DNA from: the human T2T-CHM13v2.0 reference genome, Homo sapiens
Strand: one strand, 5' to 3'
Length of the DNA: 64,000 nucleotides
Assembly (NCBI RefSeq): GCF_009914755.1
Contig: NC_060948.1
Both the position numbers and the translations under genes were made by a program. Under the pieces are notes generated by a model that ran no database searches, was not told the origin of the DNA, and was given only the letters and a program-made list of their open reading frames with translations. This document shows positions 37,826 through 58,345 of the stretch, piece by piece. Position 1 is the stretch's first letter. The number at the start of each line of letters is the position of its first letter.

Positions 37826-38645
37826 GGTTAAATTTTTAAAATTGTTTATATAAAGAGCTCGTTACTCTGGATATTAATCCTTGATCACAAAATCTTTTTC
37901 CTAGTCTGTCATTTGTCTTTCAACTCTTTTTAGGATGTTTTTTGTCATAGAAAAGTTCTGAGTTTCATTTTACTCAGGAAGCCTTCTCCCTCCCACCTCT
38001 TCCTTGCTTCCTAGTTATAAAAATATTCACCTATATTTCCTTCTAAAAATTATATTAACTATTTGATTCCTTGGAACTTACTTTTCAGATGGTGAGAGTT
38101 AGGCGGTATAATTTTTTTCCCCAAGTAGAGAGCCAACTCTCCTAACACAATTTTTACCCCATTAAATTGAAATGTTACCATTATCAAAATTAAATTCCTA
38201 TCTGTAATTGAGTCTGTTTCTGGAGTCTCTATTTCTTTCATTTATCTATTTATCTATTCCTCTATCAATACTATAGCATTTTAATTACTTAACTATATTT
38301 TGACATCTGGTAGGCCAAGACTCACCTTATTGAATTTTGAGGGATTTACTTGACTATTTCTGCATATTAATTCTTCCAGATGAAATTCAGGATGAGCTTG
38401 CCAAATTTTTCCATGGAAATTTTGACTAGAGTTACATGGATTTTATAATAAAAACAATAATAGCAAACACTATGGAGCCTACTAAGTGTCAGAAACTGTT
38501 TTAAGATCTTTCATATATTAATTCTAACAATTCTATGAGGTAGTTACTATTGTAGTACTACTAGATCAATATTAAGAAAGAGAGATGATACAATACTATT
38601 TCTATCAGTAGCTCCACTTATTTAGGCCTTCTTTCATGTTCTTTA

Positions 38646-39034
<389 letters not shown>

Positions 39035-40563
39035 TTATTCCTAAGGATTTTGTGATTTTTTTCTTTTTATTTTTCTTTTTTTGCTGCTTCTATGAACAGG
39101 ATCCTCTTTCCCATTACATTCTTAAATGTATACTATTATATTCCAAATGATGGTTTGAAAAACTATTTTGTACTGATTCAAATTAAATTTATATAATTTT
39201 TTTCTGAAATTTCATTTACCTTAGAATTATTCTGCTTTTAAACAATGGCTAGTCTATCCCGTAATTATGTGTTAATCCCACAACTAATTTGCATATATTC
39301 TTATTGTGTGACACACGGCAATTCAAAGACTTGCTTTACAGGTAAAGTGACAACACTCCTATCTTTCCCAAATCTGCTATTCAGAATTACACTACGACAT
39401 TAGATTAAACTTCTAGTGCATCTATTACAGAAAACTGCCTTCTACCCAGTAGAATGTGACCTAGAAGATCACAACAGTCAAATCTGAAGGGATAGGCAGA
39501 AACAGATCAAATTGGGAGTTTGTTTTTGAATAGTCTAATGATTGATCTTTTAATAAATCATTAAATAATCCTTTTCTACCTTAAGGGAATCAGGAAAAAA
39601 AAAATCTTGTACCATTGAAACATTAAAATGAAGCCAAGTTTAAGGAGTAGCCAAATAGCTAGCTGACACATTTAAGTTGTCTTTTTGGAGTTACAGCTAT
39701 CTAGTTAACAACCTCAGAGATTAATTCAAATGAACCTGAAATAGCAGTATACCAACAGAGACCTCACTCCTTAGGCTTTTAGGGTGCCAAAGTCTACACT
39801 TAATTAAGACTAAGCCAAGATGATCCCCATATCTTTTTGAGACTAAGTTTCACCTTTCTTGCTCTGAAATTTTAGAACTCAATGAAACCTTCTACATAAC
39901 TGGTAGTAGCCCAGCCTATTTTCTGGAGCACAGTTAGTCTTATTAATATGCCACACTGACATTGTTGACAGAGTATCCCAATTTAAGGCTGAATGGCAAA
40001 AACTCAAAGGCTTACAATAATGTTAATACTTTGTTTTCAAAGGCTATAGTAAAGGCCAAGAGCAAAGTCATTCTTCCAGCTTAATAGCATTGGAAAGACC
40101 ACAGCAAGTACCAGAAGGCTTTCTGACACAAAATCAATAACTGCATGCAAATATGAACATCAATAGTCACATCTTCTTAGTCACTAGACTAAGTTAGGAC
40201 TAGCAATGATCAAAAGCGCTTCTAAAATGTTCTTATCCCCTAACCTCTCCATTCCTCTCTGTAAAAGAATAGGATGTCATGAAAAGTTGTGTAATTCCAT
40301 TCTTTTAATCGCAGTTTGGCAAAGTCCTTAGGCGAAAATATACCTAAATATATTCTCATGAAAATGGCCTTCATGAAGACTAGCATATTACAAAAATCAA
40401 ACAACAGTAGGATAAATATACTACCCACGGGGGAAAAAAAAAACAAAACTCTGTCAAAGTGTTAAATACAATAGTACTTCAGCTCTTTCACTGTTATTTA
40501 GCGCCTTAAATTTGCCAAATGTCAAAGAAAGTCAACAGAACATATTAAATACACAGAAATCCA

Positions 40564-41315
<752 letters not shown>

Positions 41316-42439
41316 TCATCCCTTGCAGTAAACCTTTTGAATAAAATCATTACTAAAAAAGCAAAACAAAACAAAACAAAAAACACAAAAACACAAAAAA
41401 AGAGCCTCTTGGACTAAACATTTAATCCTTAATAATAAGACAAAGGAAAATGTGACAGTTACTCTATGATTGAAATAGATTTAGCTGTGAACCCTTGCAC
41501 AAATCACTTCACGTTCCTGAACCTTAGGTTTTTTGATCTGTAAAAATGATAGGGTTGAGCTCTATAATCACTAGGGTAGCTTCCAGCTGTATTATTCTAT
41601 ACTGATCTCAGCCCCCAAAGAGTCTAGGACAATTTCCAATAGATTTTAATACCCTGAAAAACTTGAGAAACAACTAAAATGAATGTTTTTATTTTACTAA
41701 TGAGTTTATGTCAGTATTTTTATGGTGTTTGCTGGTGCCATTTGAATGAGCTTCTTTTTTCCAGATGTTGAATCTGAAGTTGAATTTAGACATTTCTTTT
41801 TAAAACATCTAGTACAGAACACAACACTTCCTCAACTAAGAAGAAGCCACTGGGAAAAAAGAACTGCTGCATGAAGAAGAAACTATTGAGAGGGATGGTA
41901 AAAGATGTAAACAGTCTAAATAATATACAAACGGAACAGTCTAAGCATAAATTGTTCAGATGTAATTGTCTGAGATGCTAAGGAAGATTTTCTGTAACAG
42001 ATCTGCTCAATCTTTGTCTGATTTTCATAAACCTTATATGAAGTTGATCATGCACAAACCCCAAATATAAACCAATAGGTTACTTGGGCCTTGATATTTT
42101 GCAGCTCATCACCAGGAAATCCACGCAGCAATAATCAAGAACCATTTGCAAATAGAATCGCACTCTTGGCATTTTTTGAGAATAATCAATTAAAGAATTA
42201 TTACCAGTTTTAATCTGAGAAATTAGTGATATAAAAATATGACAACAGCAATTGTAAGTGGAAATGTAGAGCTTTCCTACACAGTTGGAGGAAGTGTACA
42301 CTGGCATAGCCAGTCACTTTGAACATCACTTACCCAGTGAAGATGCACAAATGTTTAATCTTTCACATAAACCCTAGGAAAATTCTAACACATTTACACA
42401 TGAAACCATGTACAAGAATGCTCATAGTAGCACTATAAA

Positions 42440-43210
42440 TTTTTAGTTGTCTCTTATAACATCTTCATTGAGATGTAATCAACATACCATAAAATTCACC
42501 TTCTGAAAGTGTACAATTCAATGGTTTTTAATACATTCATAGAATTGTGCAATCATCATCCTATGCAATTTCAGGACATTTTCATCTCTCCAAAGAGAAA
42601 GACTGTTCCATTAGCAATCACTTTCCACTCACCCCTTCCCCCAAGCCCTTAGCAACCATTAATTTACTTTCTATTTCTGTGGATTTGTCTTTTCTAGACA
42701 GTTCATATAAGTGAAATCATATAATATGCAGCCTATTGTGTCTGACTTCTTTCACTTAGCACAATGTTTTCATGGTCTATCCCAGTTGTAGCATATATCA
42801 GTACTTCAATTCCTTTTTATGGCTGAATAATATTTCATTTTATAGCTATACCACATTTTGCATATTCGTTCATCAGTTGATGGACATTTGGGCTGTTTCC
42901 ACCTTTTGGTTATTGTGAATAGTGCTGCCATGAACAATGATGTACAAGTTCTTATGTGGGCATATGTTTTCAATTATTTTGGATATATACCTGGGAGCAG
43001 AACTGATGGGTCAAATGTTAATTCTTATGCTTAACATTTTGAAGAACTGCTAGACTGTGTACCAAAGCGGTTGTACCATTTTACAATTCCATCAGCAATG
43101 TATGAGGCTCCAATTTTTTCATGCCCTCACCAATATTTGTTATTGTCCATCTTTTTATTAAAGCCATCCTAGTGGGTGTGAAGTAATATCACTTTGTGGT
43201 TTGGATTTTT
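42440..43210 (-). mobile_element. L1MB 3' end nested in an older plus-strand L1M remnant (~42250-43920)
   Basis: cataaaattcaccttctgaaagtgtacaattcaatgg...gccatcctagtgggtgtgaag. Confidence 0.78.
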
Positions 43211-43437
43211 ATTGCAATATTATGTATTAAAAGCAAACAGAAGAAAAGCAAACAAGCAACAACATCCTAGAAACAACTTACATGTCCATCAATAAGAAAA
43301 GAAATAGATTTTGGTATAATCATACACTGGGCTACCACATGACAATGTAAAAAATAAATTATTGTTACATGTATCAATGTGAAGATAAATGAATAGGTGC
43401 TGTGTATTACAAAAGAGATACATCTTAACAAATATAA

Positions 43438-43751
<314 letters not shown>

Positions 43752-44308
43752 ATATGGGAAATTTTAAAAAGCACATAGCAAAAGGATACATAGAATATGA
43801 TGTCATTTATAGGCCATAAAAATGTAAGACAATATTACAAAAGATTTAGGGATACATTCCTATGAGGTAAAGAATATGAAGATATATTCAACAGTATTGC
43901 TAATGGTCTATTTCTTAAGCTGATTTTCATAAACCTTATATGAAGTTGGTCAGCTGGGCAGAGTTAAACAGTATCTCATAAGACTTCTTAGTTTAATAAG
44001 ATGGGATTGTAAAAAGCATTAGGGCTTCCTCATATGAAAACTCCAAACCCTAAGGCGGTCAGACTATGCAGTTCTTAAAACATGAACAATTGGAAACTTT
44101 TTTTAATCGACTTGAAATTTTTTAGTTACTTGTCCTGGATGAACAGAATATAATGACAATTTCTTTTTGTTCTATAACTATCTCTATATAATGAAACCAG
44201 TCTAAAACATTTGATGGATCAACAAGATTTAAACTTTATTGATATCACTATTAAATAATAATATTACAAAGTACTCTTGGATTTTGGATACACATCTCAC
44301 AGTCAACC

Positions 44309-44602
44309 TTTTTTTTTCTTTGAGACAGAATCTTACTCTGTCCCCAAGGCTGGAGGGCAGTGCCACAATCTCGGCTCACTGTAACCTCTGGCTCCAGGGT
44401 TCAAGATATTCTCCTGCCTCAGCCTCCCGAGCAGCTAGGATTACAGGTGCACACCACCAGCCCGGCTAATTTTTTTATTTTTAGTAGAGACAGGGTTTTG
44501 CCATGTTGCCCAGTCTGGTCTTCAACCCTTGGCTTCAAATGATCCACCCCCCTCAGCCTCCCAAAGTGCTGGGATTACAAGCGTGAGCCACCATGCCCAG
44601 CC
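44309..44602 (-). mobile_element. AluJ/S
   Basis: Reverse dimer flanked by cagtcaa. Confidence 0.85.
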
Positions 44603-44694
44603 GCAGTCAATTTTTTTAAAGCTCTCAAAGAAATTCATTTCCTCCAACATAACATGCTTTGTTTTCCAAACTTTCCAAGTTGGAGATTTGTTTC

Positions 44695-45295
44695 TTTTTT
44701 TTTTTTTTTTTTGCTTTTTTATTTTTATTTTTTAAATAAAGTGTTTTTTTTTCTTTTATATATATATTTTATTATACTTTAAGTTCTAGGGTACATGTGC
44801 ACAATGTGCAGGTTTGTTACATATGTATACATGTGACATGTTGGTGTACTGCACCCATTAACTTGTCATTTCCATTAGGTGTATCTCCTAATGCTATCCC
44901 TCCCCTCTCCCCCCACCCCACAACAGGCCCCAGTGTGTGATGTCCCTCTTCCAGTTTCCAAGTGTTCTCATTGTTCAATTCCCACCTATGAGTGAGAACA
45001 TGTGATGTTTGGTTTTTTGTCCTTGTGATAGTTTGCTCAGAATGATGGTTTCCAGCTTCACCCATGTCCCTACAAAGGACATGAACTCATCATTTTTTAT
45101 GGCTGCATAGTATTCCATGGTGTATATGTGCCACGTTTTCTTAATCAAGTCTATCATTGTTGGACATTTGGGTTGGTTCCAAGTCTTTGCTATTGTGAAT
45201 ACTGATGCAATAAACATATGTGTGCATGTGTCTTTATAACAGCATGATTTATAATCCTTTGGGTATATACCCAGTAATGGGATGGCTGGGTCAAT
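44695..45295 (-). mobile_element. 5'-truncated L1PA (PA4-PA7-like) 3' end with compound A-rich tail
   Basis: ttattatactttaagttctagggtacatgtgcac...; minus ORF 44975-45217 is the ORF2 C-terminus ([19 protein letters not shown]). Confidence 0.9.
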
Positions 45296-45756
45296 TGTTC
45301 TACAATTGTTGCTTTACAGATCCTTCCAGCCCTTTGTTTCTCTTACTAACTTACTGTGGCCCTAATAATTCTGGACTTTATGCTACTCACTAGTCCATGA
45401 GAAGGTTAGGAGATAGGACAAAGGTAAAATTATAATGTTAACAAGCTACATATTAACAGATATCATAAAGGAAGGATTTGGAATTATTCGTAGATATCCT
45501 TTCCTTAGGCCATTCCCAGAAGCCATGGAAAATGCAATACTGACTTTCCTTCTTGGACAGAGTCTTCAAGCTGGTCTAAAAGCTCTTAGAGTTGAATACG
45601 CCAGTACCTAGATGTGGCTCCCTATTAGCTTAGGAAAAACACTGATGGAAATTTTCCTATGTCAAAATTGAAAGCCAGGATGAGCAGCTACCTGTCTAGA
45701 AAGGACTGCTCCATAAGTAGTCTTGGCCTAGGCTGCAGGAGGCAGTTGAGGGATGA

Positions 45757-45813
45757 TACATACACACACACACACACACACACACAGACACACACACATA
45801 CACACACACACAC
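45757..45813. repeat. (CA)n microsatellite, interrupted
   Basis: Direct reading of the sequence. Confidence 0.95.
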
Positions 45814-46959
45814 CCCAAAGCTCATCAAAACCACTCCCATGCTCATTAATACAAAAGAACAATACTCAGATATCTATATCAGGTCAAACCATAAGGTTCT
45901 TTTTTTTCTTTTCCTTTTCTTCCTTTTTCTCTAAGGGTAAGATAGATGATCATTAGGGACTCTTGCCCCCACTGAAATTCAGAGAAGAAATACAGTTGTT
46001 GTTCTTACACTGAATAATTCCAAAAAACCTTGAGGTCCTTTGGGGATTTTAATAATCTGAAAAGTACGTATGTATGTACACATATGTATGTATGGAATGT
46101 GTGTGTGCAAGGGAATACAGATACATTTATATGAGAAATGTATATGTATAAAAATCCTGGAATGCTATTTAGATACAATTTATGTACACGTCAATAAGAG
46201 AGAGCATCTATGAAAAAGAAAGAGAAAATGGGTAGTCATTAGTAAAGGAAGTAATTGCTTTATAAATTCTAGCACTATCAGTGCAGTCTAACAACCGCAT
46301 GAACACTTGACCAAAAGACAGTGACTTTCAAAGACTATACCATAGATACTTGAGATTTTAATACTTTAAGTGTTAGAACAGAGCATGACTCAAATATGAA
46401 GAATTCAAAAGGCATATACACAATCATTTGTTTGGTACAAGTACAGGAGATCTTCAAAGGGATACACTCAAGTTCAGAGTAATAATTTACCAGAAAAGTC
46501 AGGAAAAGCTCTGGAATCAGTAACCAAAGCAGGCAACAGCGAAGAAGAGAGAAGGTATCTACTGACATTGAGAAGACAGAGCCAAGGAATGGGGTGGGGT
46601 GTTGAGAATATAAAGCTTCAGGGCTCTACTCTCAGGGGAAGGGGTGGGTATACAGCTTGAACATTCACTCTAAAATGGATAAGAAACAAATATAATAACC
46701 CAAAGTTCAAATCGTGTTCACAGAAATTGTTTCAAACACATTTTCTTCTTTACTCACAGGTCATATCAAAACCATTCTATAAATCTCTCCACTAGGGTAA
46801 CAGCAGCCCTGGGCTGGAAACTCCAGGTAAATAATGAAACTCCTTCACCTCCTGAGTCTTCTGCCTGCCACAGAACAACTTGTTTGTGTAAGATAATATC
46901 ACCTGTGGTTTGCTAAACCAGCAACAACGTATCATGAGAACAAGAAGGATGAATAAATT

Positions 46960-48830
46960 CTGACAGGGTAGAACTTCACAGAGGAGGTGACACCTGAGCC
47001 CAGCCTTGAAGTGATTAGGAGGGTTTTACCAGGCATAGAAGGGGAGCAGGAGCAGTTAAGCAAAGAGAACGGTATGAACAAAAAGTTCACGGAGTGCTCA
47101 GGAGATGGCAAATAATAAATGAGAAGGTATGTGAATGAGGTTGAGGAGTGGTAGGGAAAAAAACTGTTAAGACAGGTTGAAAGCATTTTAGATGCTTTTT
47201 TACTCTGCATGTGAATGGCTTCAAAATGCAAAATTGCATCAGAATCTCTGGGATACCTGGTAAAAATACAGATTCCTGTGCTGTACTCCAGATCTACTAA
47301 ATTGAAATTTCCAGAGTTGAGGCTCAGGCATCTGTATTTTTCTTTAATTGTCCTCATTCTTAAACAGACAGAATCTGTATTTAATGAGTATTCTGATGTA
47401 TAACCAACCTTGAAAGCCAATGATGGATTGTTTTTTAAAGAAAAGTTATATCATTAGATTGGTATTTTAAAAATAACAAGGTACTATTAGAAATAGACTG
47501 TAAAGATGTGAAATTAGGGGAAAAAATAGACCTATGGCAGAGTATGGCAATGAGGCATTCATTTATTCAACAAGAATTTTAAAAATACCTACTATGTACC
47601 TACAAGTTCCCATAAAGATGACAGTCTCAATTAGAATACTAGCAGTGTAAATGGAGACAAGAAGACAGAGTTATGAGACATCACACAGATAGAACTGACA
47701 AGTCCTGGTAACTCAGTAGATGGTGGAGATGGGGACAGAGGGAGCAAATCAGTTTTCATCAGTGATTTCCAAACTTGGATGAGCATCAGAATAAAAGATT
47801 CCTGGGTCTTACCATAGACCTAATGAATCAAGCTCTTTGGAGGATACAATTCAGCAGCCTCTATTTTTAACATATGCCCCCAGGTGATTTTCATGCAGTC
47901 AATTGGGAATCAATGACTTAAATGACTGAGTGGCTGATGATATTTCTCTTCAAGAAGAGAAAACAGGAGGAGGAGCGACAAATTTTGTGATAGGATGAGA
48001 ACAATTTTGCTCTGGAAATACTGAGACCGAGAGAAACCTGTAAGACATCTACATCAAGATGTCTAATGGGCAGCTGGAAATGCAAATCTGGAGTCCAGGA
48101 AAAAAGTCAAGTCTAAACAGGTCAGGGTCAGACAGATCTCGACATCATTAGTACATAATGAGGGATGAGGCCATGGGAGTGGGTAAGGTTACAAAGAAAG
48201 AAAGAATATAGAGAAAGTGGGTTGGGGTAGAAATCTGGGCAAAGAGTGGGCAATGGAAGAGGAATTGTGAGCAGAAGAGTGATTCAGGAGGTAAGAAGAG
48301 GATCTGAGGGGAAAAAAAGCATTGTTTTGGAAGCCAAAGAATGAGAGTTTTAATTCATATGGAGATCAAGTAGACAAAATGTTATAAAATGCTCCAAAAG
48401 GATAAGAATTAGAAAAATGGCCGGGCGCGATGGCTCATGCCTATAATCCCAGCACTTTGGGAAACCAAGGTGGGCGGATCAGGAGGTCAGGAGTTGGAGA
48501 CCAGCCTGGCCAACATGGTGAAACCCCATCTCTACCAAAAATACAAAAATTAGCCGGGTGTGGTGGCACATGCCTGTAATCCCAGCTACTCAGGAGGCTG
48601 AGGCAGGAGAATCGCTTGAGAGGCAGAGGTTGTAGTAAGCTGAGAACGGACCATTGCACTCCAACCTAGGTGACAGAGCAAGACTCTATCCCAAAACAAC
48701 AACAACAAACAGAATTAGAAGGATGATAAGGCGTGGCATTTAGGAAGTCTGTGATGACCTTTGAGAAAGCAGTTTCAGTATAATGGAGCAAAGAAGCAGA
48801 GTGGATTTACACTACCCCTTGAGGAGAATT
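46960..48830. mobile_element. Degenerate L2 fragments with MER5-like insertions (~47220-47400, ~47760-47915) and an AluS (~48419-48710 +)
   Basis: Purine-rich L2 motifs (ttcacagaggaggtgacacctgagc; gtgatgacctttgagaaagcagtttcagt) and MER5 motifs (gcatcagaatc..aaatacagattcctg). Confidence 0.6.
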
Positions 48831-49058
48831 TGAAGAGAAAGGGAAGAGATGGGTCAGTGGTTTGCAAGAAAGGTAAGACTGAAAGTAAGTTCTTTTGGTG
48901 GCCATTTTTATTTTTAAGAATAAAGACCAAAAAAAAAAAAAAAAAAAAGAATGAAGACAACTTGAGGCATCTTAAGGAAAAGAAGAAGAGAGCACAGAAC
49001 GGATGCTTAATAAATATTTGTGAAATATCAGTATTCGCAAAATCTTAAAACTGTCCTT

Positions 49059-49359
49059 GGCTGGGCGTGGTGGCTCACACCTGTAATCCCAGCACTTTGG
49101 GAGGCCGAGGCGGGCGGATCAAGATGTCGGGAGATCGAGACCATCCTGGCGAACACAGCGAAACCCCGTCTCTACTAAAAAAATACAAAAAATTAGCTGG
49201 GCGTGGTGGTGGGCGCTTGTAGTCCCAGCTGCTAGGGAGGCTGAGGCAGGAGAATGGCCTGAACCCAGGAGGCGGAGCTTGCAGTGAGCCCAGATCACAC
49301 CACTGAACTCCATGCTGGGCGACAGTTCGAGACTCCGTCTAAAAAAAAAAAAAAAAAAA
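49059..49359 (+). mobile_element. AluY
   Basis: CpG-rich dimer with ggagaatggc and ggagcttgca. Confidence 0.88.
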
Positions 49360-49592
49360 GATACTACCCTACTCACATTACTACTCCAAAATATTCAACC
49401 TGTTTATTTAATAAGCAGTTACGAGATACCCAACCTGCCAGGAACCATTCCTTTCCCAATTGAAAGTACCCTCTATCTTCTCAGAACATCTACACTAATT
49501 AGCCAGTCTATTCATTCCATAATTATCCCGCCTTAAACAGCTAGTTGTTACTGTTTTCATGTAACCATGTCTTAGCTCACCAAATGGTGTAA

Positions 49593-49816
49593 CAGGGGTA
49601 TCCAATCTTTTGGCTTCCCTGGGCCACATTGGAAGAATTGTCCTGGGCTACACATAAAACACACTAATACTAATGATAGCTGATGAGCATGAACAAAACA
49701 AAAAAGCCAAAAAAATCTCTTTATGTTTTAAGAAAGTTTATGAATTTGTGTTGGGTCACATTCAAAGCTGTCCTGGGCCTCATGTGGCCTCAGGGGCCAT
49801 GGGTTGGACAAGCTTG
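49593..49816 (+). mobile_element. MER30 (hAT MITE)
   Basis: caggggtatccaatcttttggcttccctgggccacattgg...gggttggacaagcttg; gtgtaa on both flanks. Confidence 0.88.
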
Positions 49817-50858
49817 GTGTAAAAGCTTCACCTCCCAACATTCAAAAAGAATAAAAAGGTATAAAGTTGAAAAAAAATTGTCTCTGATGAACTCTGGTTG
49901 GTCCACTATCCTATTATTTAATATTTATATTATATTGAAAAAAACTTTAATGATCCTTCCCATATTCCTTTACCATAAATAACAACTTCTAGGGTAATTT
50001 TTACATCAAATAAATGATTAAGACTAATTTTATTTAATCCACATACAACTTATCAAAGGATGCAATCTTTATATATAAGATTGTATTTACATACCAATCG
50101 CTAAACTGTTTTTAAAATTTAGTTTGTTTTATTCTTTCTACCACTAACATTTCTATCCATCCATTCAATTTATACTTTCAGTTTGCTTCCAGCTGATTCA
50201 ATACCTATGACACAGTAAATTGTCTAAATTTTGCATGAACTTTCAACATCCGAGGCACTTATTCCTAACAGTTGCACTGCTCACATTGACATACTCCCTG
50301 AAGGTCAATGATCTAAATTCTGTAATATTTTTAGCATCTAAAATCCTGGTTTATGCTCTCCTTCTAGTTCTCTTGGTCTTTAAAAGACATAAGAACATGC
50401 TATCAAATTCCTAATTCCCTGTTAAGCCCTAACCAACCAAAGTTTAACTAAAAAAAAAAACCTAAACCAAGAATCAATTGTTAAGAAAGAAAATCAAATA
50501 TTTTTAAGCAAAGGAAGTTATAAGGTTTGAAATACAAATTCTGATTATTCCAACTCTGATTATTCTTATTAAATTATCAACTGGAACACCTCACTGCTCT
50601 TTTCTTGCCACCACCCCCTTCCTCTGCTCAGTTCATTCACTGAACAAATCTTTATTCCCAATGCCTAAGACTTAACAGATACTGCGGTAGATGCAATTAA
50701 CATAATAGTGAATAAGTTAGGCACAGTCCCTCCCTTCCCAGAGCCTAAAGTGTATTGACCCTAAGAATATATGTCAAATTAAACTATAAGACTATATGAC
50801 AAGTGTTATGACAGGTAAGCTATAAGAAACAAAGTGGGGGCTGGATGCCATGGCTCAC

Positions 50859-56175
<5,317 letters not shown>

Positions 56176-56562
56176 TTATGTCTACAAAAAGATGTGTAGA
56201 CTACTCATAGCATCTTTATCATCTTTATTCATAATAGCAAAAAAAGGAAATAACTCAAATGTCAATAATCAGAAGAATAAACTAATTTTGGAATACTCAC
56301 ACAATGGAATACTACTCAGCCACAAAAAACAATAAACTATGGATACGTGAAAAATGAGTGAATTTCAAAAACGTTATGTTCAGTTGAAGAAACCAAACTT
56401 TAAAAGGTACATATTCTATATTCCTTTTAAAACAGCTAAAACTGGAAGAGTGGGATATCTGCCTTCTGAACAGGAAGTTCGTAGTACCAGTGATGAGAGA
56501 CAGAATTAAATATGGGTGATGTAGAGAAAGGCAAGAAGAGTTTTGTTCAGAAGTGTGTCCAA

Positions 56563-56856
56563 GGCCGGGCATGGTAGTTTACGCCTGTAGTCCCAGCACT
56601 TTGGGAGGCGAGGTGGGCAGATTAATTGGGTGCAGGAGTTCATGACCAGCCTGGGCAACATGGTGAAACCTTGTCTCGATAAAAATACAAAAATTAGCTG
56701 GGCATGGTGGTGCATGCCTGTAGTCCCAGCTACTCGGCTGGCTGAGGTGGGAGGATGGCTTGAGCCCAGGAGGCAGAGGTTGCAGTGAGCCAAGATTGTG
56801 CCACTGCACTCCAGCATGGATGATGGAGACAGAACTTGTCTTAAAAAAAAAAAAAA
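56563..56856 (+). mobile_element. Alu (J/S) inserted in the CXXCH-coding sequence of the CYCS retrocopy
   Basis: TSD aagtgtgtccaa (56551-56562) and aagtgtgcccaa (56855-56866). Confidence 0.92.
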
Positions 56857-57638
56857 GTGTGCCCAATGCCACACCAAGGTAAAATGAGGCAAGCACAAGA
56901 GTGAGCCAAATCTCCATGCTCTATTTATGCAGAAGACAGGTCAGGCCACTGAATTCTCTCACAGACACCAATGAGAACAGAGGCATCACCTGAGGAGAGG
57001 AGACACTGATGGAGTATTTGCAGAATCCCAAAAAGTACATCCCTGGAACAAAAATGACCATTGCCAGCACTAAGAAGAAGGCAGAAAGGGCAGACTTGAT
57101 AGCTTATCTCAGAAAAGCTAATAATGAGTAATAATTGACCACATGACTTTTTTATGTGTACATAATTTAATAGCTCTCTAATATACATCAGAATTCAAAT
57201 CATGAATAACTCACAGAATATTTTTGTTGAGCAGTCCTGATTTAATTAAGACTCGCTTGTGGTTAAATGAATACATCCGGGTTTTTTAAAATTTTAATAG
57301 TAATTCTGATTCAGTAAATGATATCACTGTTTCCCCCTTCTAAAACTATGATTGGGCTTAACTCGTAGTGTTCAACTTTTCACAAAGATGGTGAATGCCA
57401 TCTTAAAACCTATTAGAGATTGGCTTTATATTTAGATTTATATAACTAGCTATATGAATATATTTAAATACTGGGGAAATGTCTTCACTGTCTCAGAACC
57501 AAGCAAGACACATCTGTGTTCTGTGTTCATGTGCCTCTTAAAGGCAAAGACTTAACATAAGGTAACAATGTCTACTTTATATTTCTGGTCTGAACTATGT
57601 CAATTTAATTAGAATTCTCTGTATGTAAAATGGTTCCT

Positions 57639-57910
57639 TGGCTGGGCATAGTGGCTCATGCCTGTAATCGCAGTACTTTTTTGGGGCTGAAGTGGGAGGA
57701 TTGCTTGAGGCCACAAGTTGGACCACATAGAGAGACCTCATCTGTACAAAAATTAAAAATAGCCAGGCATGGTGGTGCATTCCTGTAGTCGTAGCTACTC
57801 AGGAGGCTGAGGTGGAAGGACGGCTTGAGCCCAGGAGTCAAGGTTGCAGTGAGCCATGATCCTGCCATTGCACCCCAGCCTGTGTGACAGAGTAAGACCC
57901 CATCTCAAAA
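57639..57910 (+). mobile_element. AluJ in the CYCS retrocopy 3'UTR
   Basis: Diverged dimer flanked by aatggttc on both sides. Confidence 0.85.
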
Positions 57911-58345
57911 TATAATGGTTCTTTTAACTTCTCAAAAGGCATTTTGTATGGCTTATATATAATATCAAATTAAGAACAGTTAATATTTCTTGAAAAAAAA
58001 AAGAAAAATACAGCCAAAACTAATTCTAGAATGATAGAAATTATAACAGTGGTAGCCTGGGGGAGGATGAAGGGGTGGTGGGTAGAACTTCCAAAGGAGG
58101 CAAAGATGTCCTATTTCTTGATTGGGTGATGGTTACTATATTAGGCTATTCTTGTGTTGCTATAAAGAAACACCTGAGTAACACCTGAGAAACATTTGAG
58201 TATATTTTCAAATACTAATAATTACATGGTTTATAATTTATAAGTCCAATTTCCGGTTATTTTCATTATTAATACTTTTCCAGTTATCTACCCTTTCTAA
58301 AAGAGAATACAAAATGCTTCTTTTCCTTTTTTTTTTGTTTTCAAG

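Larger units (their letters stand above)
56444..58006 (+). pseudogene. CYCS: Processed cytochrome c pseudogene (CYCSP type) with 5'UTR, disabled CDS 56512-57131, 3'UTR and poly-A, interrupted by two Alus
   Basis: gaattaaatATG then [15 protein letters not shown](V/A)Q [Alu 56563-56856] CHTKVK*GKHK..NLH..KTGQA...[43 protein letters not shown]. Stops at 56885 and 56991 and a frameshift near 56960. No intron. A-tail from 57993. TSD aaaacagctaaaact (56429-56443) vs aatacagccaaaact (58007-58021). Confidence 0.95.
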
